A stretch of DNA of 64,000 bases from NCBI GenBank assembly GCA_964541455.1, contig CAZIPS010000001.1, forward strand, positions 1,709-65,708, written 5' to 3'. The stretch is from an uncultured Candidatus Saccharibacteria bacterium (GTDB lineage Bacteria; Patescibacteriota; Minisyncoccia; Phycocordibacterales; JAKFXT01). Each line of letters begins with the position of its first letter. Positions within the stretch are counted from its first letter, which is position 1. The notes beneath the pieces were generated by a model. The model was given only the letters and a program-made list of their open reading frames with translations. It did not search any database and had not been told where the DNA came from. A program made the translations under genes and the position numbers. Of this stretch, positions 55,024-62,055 are shown in pieces.

Positions 55024-55461
55024 ATGAATAAATGTATTTCTTGTAATAAAGAGCTTCTATTACGGCACCAACAGAAATATTGTTCAAATAAGTGTCAGAA
55101 TGATCAGCAATTTAATCAATATATAAAAGATTGGAAGCAGGGTAAAAAAGATGGGAATAGGGGAATTATTGCTAAAAACATATCCCGCCATATTAAGAGA
55201 TATCTGATCGAGAAATACGGTGAGCGTTGTTCTAAGTGTTTTTGGAATTGTAGAAATAAGAAAACTAAGATTGTTCCTCTAGAGATAGATCATATAGACG
55301 GGATAGCTGAAAATAATCAAGAATCAAATTTGAGATTATTATGCCCAAATTGCCACTCACTTACGTTTACATTTAGAAATTTAAATTTTGGTAATGGAAG
55401 GTTTTGGCGTAAAGAAAAATATATAAAAAATAATGTGAAGCAAATAAGTAGTAATCCTTGA
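55024..55461 (+). CDS. HNH endonuclease with N-terminal zinc finger
   Basis: CISC...KYCSNKC, CSKC, LEIDHIDG..NN...NLRLLCPNCHS. AT-rich. ATG 55024 lies 8 nt after TGgTACACT (alternative ATG 55006). Confidence 0.9.
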   Translation: MNKCISCNKELLLRHQQKYCSNKCQNDQQFNQYIKDWKQGKKDGNRGIIAKNISRHIKRYLIEKYGERCSKCFWNCRNKKTKIVPLEIDHIDGIAENNQESNLRLLCPNCHSLTFTFRNLNFGNGRFWRKEKYIKNNVKQISSNP

Positions 55462-55545
55462 TCAATCACCAAGTGGTTTTAAAAGTTTTTATTTAGGTAG
55501 AGGTTGTTGCTATACTAGAAGTACTTTTAACAAAGTTTTTTGTTC

Positions 55546-56841
55546 ATGGCTCAACCTGAAGAAGCACATAACTCACCTACTATTTTCCCAAAAGGGTTTC
55601 TTTGGGGATCGGCCACCTCTTCTCATCAGGTAGAGGGGAACGTGCAAAATGACTGGATAGCTTGGGAAAAGGAACATGCTGCACGCTTAGCTAGCGAAGC
55701 AAAAAATAAATGGGCGTCATGGCAACAAAAAAAGTTTCCTGAAATGTTTAATATTGAAAACTATATTTCAGGGGAAGGTTGCGATCAATTTAATCGCTAT
55801 GAAGAGGACTTTGATTTGGCCAAAAACTTGGGACACAATGCTCATCGCTTTTCTATAGAATGGTCTCGCATTGAACCAGAAGAAGGTGAATTTAATATGG
55901 AGGCAATTGAGCACTATCGAAATGTTCTTCTTGCCTTAAAAAGTCGAGGGCTAGAACCTTTTGTAACACTTTGGCATTGGCCTAATCCTATATGGATAGG
56001 GCAAATGGGGGCGTGGGAGAATAAAAAGACAGTGACTTATTTCCTGCGCTATGCTGAACGCATGTTACGTGAGTATAAGGATCTAGTTACTTTTTGGGTA
56101 CCACTGAATGAGCCGGGGACTGAAGTGTCGCTTGGATATTTATTTGGCAATCAGCCACCCGGGCTTAAAAGTAGTGTTGCAGCAAATAAGGCGTTCAAGA
56201 ATCTGATGGAAGTTCAAAGGGGGACGTATGCGCTCGCCAAATCCATTAACGCTAATTTCAATGTGGGTTGTTCACATTTTATGTTTTATTGGCGGCCGTA
56301 CAATAAGTTACCTTGGAATATTTTAGCTTCTAAAATAATTGGCTACTTTGCCGACCGAAGGTTTTTTAAGGTATTCAACGACTATAGTGATTTTTTCGGA
56401 GTCCAATACTACCAACCCTTTTTTGTGAATTTAAAAATCGGAGGGAAATTCAAGGGTATACTTGAAAATAAACAGATAAATGAAGAGCAGAGTGATTTGG
56501 GTTGGCAGATATTTCCTGAGGGTATATATCATGTATTAAAAAAGGCTGCGAAAGGAGGGAAGCCGATTTATATAACTGAAAACGGTATTGCAGATAAAGA
56601 CGATAGTATGCGCGGTAAATTTATCAAAGAACATCTTTATTGGGTAAATCGGGCTATTAAGGACGGTGTAGATATACGCGGTTATTTCTATTGGTCGCTT
56701 ATAGATAATTTTGAGTTTGTGGAATTACGTGGTTTTTGGCCACGCTTTGGACTTATTGAAGTTGACTACAAAACCAAGAAACGCACCATTCGACCTTCAG
56801 CATACGCATATCGCGATATAATAAAACAGTCACTTATATGA
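55546..56841 (+). CDS. glycoside hydrolase family 1 (beta-glucosidase-like)
   Basis: FLWGSATSSHQVEG, RFSIEWSRI, LNEP (acid/base), YITENG (nucleophile), WSLIDNFE. Confidence 0.93.
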   Translation: MAQPEEAHNSPTIFPKGFLWGSATSSHQVEGNVQNDWIAWEKEHAARLASEAKNKWASWQQKKFPEMFNIENYISGEGCDQFNRYEEDFDLAKNLGHNAHRFSIEWSRIEPEEGEFNMEAIEHYRNVLLALKSRGLEPFVTLWHWPNPIWIGQMGAWENKKTVTYFLRYAERMLREYKDLVTFWVPLNEPGTEVSLGYLFGNQPPGLKSSVAANKAFKNLMEVQRGTYALAKSINANFNVGCSHFMFYWRPYNKLPWNILASKIIGYFADRRFFKVFNDYSDFFGVQYYQPFFVNLKIGGKFKGILENKQINEEQSDLGWQIFPEGIYHVLKKAAKGGKPIYITENGIADKDDSMRGKFIKEHLYWVNRAIKDGVDIRGYFYWSLIDNFEFVELRGFWPRFGLIEVDYKTKKRTIRPSAYAYRDIIKQSLI

Positions 56842-57746
56842 TAGACGGCAGCGCTATTTTCTTTCTTTCAATACTACTCGTTTGTTTAGGGCAGCTTGGT
56901 AATGCGCTTATTGTGCTTGTTGATAAGCATATTGTCACCAATACTTCGGTGACGCGTCCTGGAGTCTATGCTTTTTTTGTAAGTATTATTTCTGGAGCGG
57001 TGGTTGTATTACTTCCTTTTGGGGTAGTGCATATGCCGAGCCCTATGACGATTTTCCTTTCTCTTGATTTGGGGTTTATTTTTATAGGTTCTATTATTCT
57101 TCTGTATCGGGCGCTTAAACACGCTAATGCAACAGATGTGATTGCATGGCTTACTGCCATTTCAACACTCTCCACTTTTATTTTTGCGGCTCTTTTTCTC
57201 GATGAGACATTACCAAAAACTTTTCCCTTAGCACTTTTTTTCATTCTTGTCGGCATGCTTCTTGTTGGGCATTTTAGATTCTATGCTCGCTCTTTTAAGC
57301 AGGTGGTTGGTTCGGGAGTACTTTTTGGACTTTCGGTAGTCATGCTCAAGTTACTTTTTTCACAAATCTCATTTGTGGATGCCTTTTTCTGGTCACGTAT
57401 GGGTAATGTGGTAGCGGCACTTTCTCTGCTACTTTTCCCTTCGATTCGCAAACATCTTTTTACTATAAGCCGCAATACTTCACACCAAACAGGGTTACTC
57501 ATTGTTGGAAACCGTATTTTGGGGGGAGTAGCATTTCTAAGTGTGCTCTATGCACTCAAGTTGGGTTCTGCTTCAATTGTGAATGCACTCTCGTCACTTC
57601 AGTTCGTGTTTATCTTTGTACTTATTTTTGTATTTAGACGTTTTGTACCAGAGCTGTATCGTCATGAGTTTCGCAAGGGGCACGTGCTTCATAAGGTGGC
57701 AGCGATGTGTTTTATTATCATGGGATTCTTTATATTATTTGCATAA
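56838..57746 (+). CDS. DMT/EamA-like 10-TM transporter
   Basis: Two-fold repeated hydrophobic pattern with Y.AL..., FL.E motifs. Confidence 0.7.
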   Translation: MIDGSAIFFLSILLVCLGQLGNALIVLVDKHIVTNTSVTRPGVYAFFVSIISGAVVVLLPFGVVHMPSPMTIFLSLDLGFIFIGSIILLYRALKHANATDVIAWLTAISTLSTFIFAALFLDETLPKTFPLALFFILVGMLLVGHFRFYARSFKQVVGSGVLFGLSVVMLKLLFSQISFVDAFFWSRMGNVVAALSLLLFPSIRKHLFTISRNTSHQTGLLIVGNRILGGVAFLSVLYALKLGSASIVNALSSLQFVFIFVLIFVFRRFVPELYRHEFRKGHVLHKVAAMCFIIMGFFILFA

Positions 57747-57758
57747 TATCTTTAATCT

Positions 57759-58757
57759 ATGTTGAAGCGAAGTATTAAAATTGTCCTCTATACTTTGCTG
57801 GTGCTAATAATTGTTGGGGGAGTACTTTCTTACCGTAAAAAACCAACAACTATTACTTACGGAGTTTCTTTTAGTAAGTTTCATGCAGACGAGCTTAAGC
57901 TTCCTTGGGCGATTGTTTTTGAAGCTTTGGTCTCTGAAATGCAGGTTAAACATTGGAGACTTTCAGCGCATTGGCCAATGGTTGAATCCACCAAAGGGGT
58001 ATTTTCTTTTAATGAGTTAGATTACCAACTACGACGAGTAAAGGAAGAACATGGAGACGTGGTGCTTGCAGTTGGGCGTCGTCTTCCGGGGTGGCCAGAA
58101 TGTCATGTGCCAGAGTGGGCAAAAGGTCTCTCGTGGGAGGATCAAAAGAAGGAGATTCTCACCTATCTTACAAAGGTAGTTGAGCGCTACAAAGACCATA
58201 GTGAAGTACTTTATTGGCAAGTTGAAAATGAACCGTATCTTACAGTATTTGCCCATGATTATTGCGGTGATCTTGATAAGGATTTTCTTAAAGAAGAGGT
58301 TGCTCTAGTAAAACGTCTTGATCCATCGCGCAAAGTACTCGTTACTGATAGTGGGAACCTCGGTCTGTGGAGTGGTGCGTGGAGTACAGGGGATATATTT
58401 GGTACAAGTATGTACTTATATCTTTGGAATCCAAACTTCGGTCAAGTTAAAACTATCTACCAGCCATTTGTGTATCGTATCAAAAACAATATGATGTCGC
58501 TTTTATTTGGAAAGCGTGAAAGTCTGCTCATTGAATTATCGCTTGAGCCATGGCTTGTGCACCCAATCACTGAAACCCCTCTTTCTGTTCAGAAAGAACG
58601 CATGACCCCGACAATGTTTGATGAGGCGGTCGCCTTTGCCAAAGATACTCGTTTTGAAAAGCAGTATCTTTGGGGAGCGGAATGGTGGTTTTATATGAAG
58701 CAGCAGGGAGACGGCACGTATTGGGAAAAAGCCAAGGCAATATTTGCTCCAAAGTAA
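57759..58757 (+). CDS. membrane-anchored clan-A glycoside hydrolase-like protein
   Basis: N-terminal TM, W..VE...G.F.F..LD, WQVENEP (acid/base), ELSLEPW, LWGAEWW. Confidence 0.7.
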   Translation: MLKRSIKIVLYTLLVLIIVGGVLSYRKKPTTITYGVSFSKFHADELKLPWAIVFEALVSEMQVKHWRLSAHWPMVESTKGVFSFNELDYQLRRVKEEHGDVVLAVGRRLPGWPECHVPEWAKGLSWEDQKKEILTYLTKVVERYKDHSEVLYWQVENEPYLTVFAHDYCGDLDKDFLKEEVALVKRLDPSRKVLVTDSGNLGLWSGAWSTGDIFGTSMYLYLWNPNFGQVKTIYQPFVYRIKNNMMSLLFGKRESLLIELSLEPWLVHPITETPLSVQKERMTPTMFDEAVAFAKDTRFEKQYLWGAEWWFYMKQQGDGTYWEKAKAIFAPK

Positions 58758-58817
58758 TACATAGATTTATGAGGGCTTTTTTGCTAAAGTGGGGCACCAA
58801 GAGGGGGAAGTGAGACT

Positions 58818-60350
58818 ATGGAATATGTAAAAACACCGTATTTTAAAGTGGGAAGGGCGAGTGAGCTTTCAGGTGCTGACTATGTCCTTTATCGTTTTTT
58901 GGAAATGTTGCCAGGGCTTCTTTCTTGGGCAACACTCCTTTTTGTGGTAGTGATGTCATTTGTGCGACCCGTGCTTGCAGCGTACTTTATTATCGCTTTC
59001 GATCTTTATTGGCTCCTTAAGACGGTGTATCTTTCAATACACTTACGTCACAACTTTAAGCGTATTACGTACAATCTTTCGGTTAATTGGAATGAGCGTT
59101 TACAGAAATTAAAATATGAGCATGTTACGCATCTTATTTTGTTACCTTTTTATAAAGAAGGCTACGAGGTGGTGAAGGTATGTCTCGAGGGGCTTAAAAC
59201 AACACATTACGATACTAAAAAGTTTTTGATCGTGCTTGGAACAGAGGAGCGTGCGGGAAGTGAGGCGCAGGAAGTAGCACGAAATATTGAAGCAGCATAT
59301 AAAGATTATTTTGGTGGCTTTCTAATTACGACGCACCCTAAAGATGTGCCGGGTGAAATGGCGGGAAAGGGTTCAAATATTGCGTACATGGCTGAAGAAG
59401 CCAGAAAGCTCCTGATTGATAAAGGAAGCATTTCTTATGAAGAAGTGATGGTGTCTGCTTTTGATATCGATACAGTAGTGTATCCTGATTACTTTGCTTG
59501 TCTTACATGGTACTTCCTCACTGTGCGTGATCCTTACAAGACGTCGTATCAACCCGTGCCTTTCTACAATAACAATATTTGGAATGCACCAATGATTTCC
59601 CGTGTTGTTGCGGGCTCTTCGACATTCTGGCAAATGATGCAGCAGGAGCGCCCTGAGAAACTTGCAACATTTTCATCTCACTCAGTACCTTTTAAAACAC
59701 TTTACGAAATTGGGTATTGGCAAAAGAATATGGTGTCTGAAGATTCACGTATCTATTGGAACTTACTTTTGGCGCATGATGGTGATTATCGTGTTACGCC
59801 ACTGTCTTATCCAGTATCAATGGATGCCAATGTTGCAGCAACCTTTTGGCAAACAGTAAAAAATGTTTATAAACAGCACCGTCGTTGGATGTATGGGGTG
59901 GAGAACCTTCCTTATATATTTTTTGGATTTATTAAAAATAAAAAGATACCTTTTTGGACGAAGCTTCGAGTAGGGGCGGTGCAGCTTGAGGGATTTTGGT
60001 CGCTTGCCACCAACCCCATTATGATATTCCTTTTGGGCTGGTTACCAGTGATGGTGGGGGGGTCTATTTTTAACAAATCACTCCTTTCATACAACCTTCC
60101 AATTTTAACTCGTAACATTATGACGATTGCTATGGCAGGACTTATTCTTTCCGCAATTATTTTCCTTTCTTTTGTGCCTAAGAAACCTGATGAAAAAGTA
60201 AGAACATCGAAGATGGGAATGGTACTACAGTGGGTATTAGTACCTTTTACTATTATCACTTTTGGTGCACTTCCTGGACTTGATTCCCAAACACGTCTTA
60301 TGCTTGGGAAGTATATGGGATTTTGGGTTACCCCAAAACGTCGCGATTAA
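58818..60350 (+). CDS. processive GT2 membrane glycosyltransferase (synthase-like)
   Basis: LPFYKE, GK..N, FDID, SED, QHRRW (QxxRW), flanked by TM helices. Confidence 0.85.
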   Translation: MEYVKTPYFKVGRASELSGADYVLYRFLEMLPGLLSWATLLFVVVMSFVRPVLAAYFIIAFDLYWLLKTVYLSIHLRHNFKRITYNLSVNWNERLQKLKYEHVTHLILLPFYKEGYEVVKVCLEGLKTTHYDTKKFLIVLGTEERAGSEAQEVARNIEAAYKDYFGGFLITTHPKDVPGEMAGKGSNIAYMAEEARKLLIDKGSISYEEVMVSAFDIDTVVYPDYFACLTWYFLTVRDPYKTSYQPVPFYNNNIWNAPMISRVVAGSSTFWQMMQQERPEKLATFSSHSVPFKTLYEIGYWQKNMVSEDSRIYWNLLLAHDGDYRVTPLSYPVSMDANVAATFWQTVKNVYKQHRRWMYGVENLPYIFFGFIKNKKIPFWTKLRVGAVQLEGFWSLATNPIMIFLLGWLPVMVGGSIFNKSLLSYNLPILTRNIMTIAMAGLILSAIIFLSFVPKKPDEKVRTSKMGMVLQWVLVPFTIITFGALPGLDSQTRLMLGKYMGFWVTPKRRD

Positions 60351-60353
60351 TAT

Positions 60354-61247
60354 ATGGACCCTCTTTCACGTAAAAAAAGAATAACGTATTTTATTTTCTT
60401 TAGTATCGTTTTTTTTGCGGTGGTGCCCTTATTCATTTTCTATGCTCAGGGGTATCGATTTAATTTAAAAGATGTAGTCAAAGTTTCTGAAACAGGGGGG
60501 CTTTATGTAAGTACTGATCAGTCAGGGATTGAGATTTATGTGAACAATGTACTTGAGAAAAAAACAAGTATCATTCAAAAAACAGTCTTTGTACAAGATC
60601 TTCGTCCGGGGACATATGATATACGCGTATCTAAAAATGGTCTCCAAACATGGAGCAAGCGTCTTAAGGTGTTTCCTGAGCTTGTAACCGAAGCGCGTAC
60701 ATTCCTCATTAAAGATCATCCAGAATTAGTTTCTATTCCTTTGTATCTCTCTCAAGCGACGAGTACAGGAAGTAGTGTTGCTACAACTACCAAAAAAGCA
60801 GTCAAGAATCCTGAATACATGCTTGCACTTAAGGCATTCATGACACCACTTTCAACTGCTCCTACCACCACCAAAAAAGTTGCCTCAACTACGGATGAAT
60901 TTTTGCCTGTACAAAAGTTAGTGTTTGAAAATACTCATGGAGTACTCATCGCAACATGGAAGGGTGAGCAGGATGCTATACCAAGTTATTTCTGTGAAAA
61001 CACTGTGTGCAAATCTAGTATTGAAGTTAAAGCAGGGGGTCCGGTGCTTGCGTATGATCTGTTTCCAGGACGTGATGATCTACTCATCGTGCAACTAGCC
61101 AAGGGGGTGTATGTTGTAGAAATTGATGATCGGTCTCCACAGAATAAGGAAACAATTGTTGAGGGAGAGGGTTATGAGTTTCGTATCAAAGAAAGCGGGG
61201 TACTTTACTTGAAACACGGAGTCGATATCTATAGTGTGGCGCTTTAA
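60354..61247 (+). CDS. PEGA-domain membrane-anchored protein
   Basis: TM + YAQGYRF, TGGL.V......IYVN, L.PG.Y.I.VSK.G...W. Confidence 0.7.
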   Translation: MDPLSRKKRITYFIFFSIVFFAVVPLFIFYAQGYRFNLKDVVKVSETGGLYVSTDQSGIEIYVNNVLEKKTSIIQKTVFVQDLRPGTYDIRVSKNGLQTWSKRLKVFPELVTEARTFLIKDHPELVSIPLYLSQATSTGSSVATTTKKAVKNPEYMLALKAFMTPLSTAPTTTKKVASTTDEFLPVQKLVFENTHGVLIATWKGEQDAIPSYFCENTVCKSSIEVKAGGPVLAYDLFPGRDDLLIVQLAKGVYVVEIDDRSPQNKETIVEGEGYEFRIKESGVLYLKHGVDIYSVAL

Positions 61248-61291
61248 AAACAGAAAGTGGAATTATGGCCTTATTCGGCTATAATACGCAC

Positions 61292-62050
61292 ATGACTGCT
61301 CAAAATACAGAAGGAACAGAGGGGAAGGGGCACCTGCACCCAATAACGCTTATGCAGCGCGACATTGCGCGTATTTTTCGTGGACTAGGATTTGCTGTTG
61401 CTGATGGGCCGGAAATAGAGACCGAGTTCTATAACTTTGATGCACTTAATATTCCTGAGTGGCACCCAGCGCGTGATATGTGGGATACCTTTTGGCTTAA
61501 ACCGCTTAATGCACGGAAATTGCTTCGTACCCACACAAGTCCTGTGCAGATCCGCTACATGCAGAGTCACAAGGACAAAATGCCAATCGCTATGGTAACT
61601 CCTGGCAAGGTGTATCGTCACGAAGCAACTGACGCTACACACGAAGCTCAGTTTTATCAGTTAGAAGGGCTTATGGTAGGAGAGGGAGTGTCACTTGCTC
61701 ACTTTAAGGGAGTGCTCGAGCATTTCTTTAAAGAATTTTTTGGGGTACCAGTAGCTATCAGACTTCGCCCTAGTTATTTCCCATTTGTGGAGCCGGGTGT
61801 TGAAGCTGATGTAACGTGTGTGAAGTGTGAAGGTCGTGGTTGCACTGTTTGTAAGAATACCGGATGGATAGAACTTATGGGGGCTGGCATGGTCCATCCT
61901 AAAACACTTGAAGCTGGTGGTATTGATCCTCGTAAGTACACAGGGTTTGCCTTTGGCATGGGATTAGACCGTTTGGGGGTTATAAAGTACGGTATCCCCG
62001 ATGTCAGGCTTCTCTACCAGGGAGATCTTCGTTTGGTTAACCAGTTTTAA
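61292..62050 (+). CDS. pheS: phenylalanine-tRNA ligase alpha subunit (lacks the N-terminal coiled coil)
   Basis: G.LHP, NFDALN.P..HPARD..DTF, LRTHTSPVQ, F.QLEG, YFPFVEP, G.GMVHP, GFAFG.G.DR. ATG 6 nt after TATAAT. Confidence 0.96.
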   Translation: MTAQNTEGTEGKGHLHPITLMQRDIARIFRGLGFAVADGPEIETEFYNFDALNIPEWHPARDMWDTFWLKPLNARKLLRTHTSPVQIRYMQSHKDKMPIAMVTPGKVYRHEATDATHEAQFYQLEGLMVGEGVSLAHFKGVLEHFFKEFFGVPVAIRLRPSYFPFVEPGVEADVTCVKCEGRGCTVCKNTGWIELMGAGMVHPKTLEAGGIDPRKYTGFAFGMGLDRLGVIKYGIPDVRLLYQGDLRLVNQF

Positions 62051-62055
62051 TGTGT

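Noticed and set aside
54895-55540. Integrative element or genomic island at tRNA-Thr
   Set aside because: No integrase and no duplicated tRNA 3' end found downstream by eye; only the single HNH gene looks foreign.
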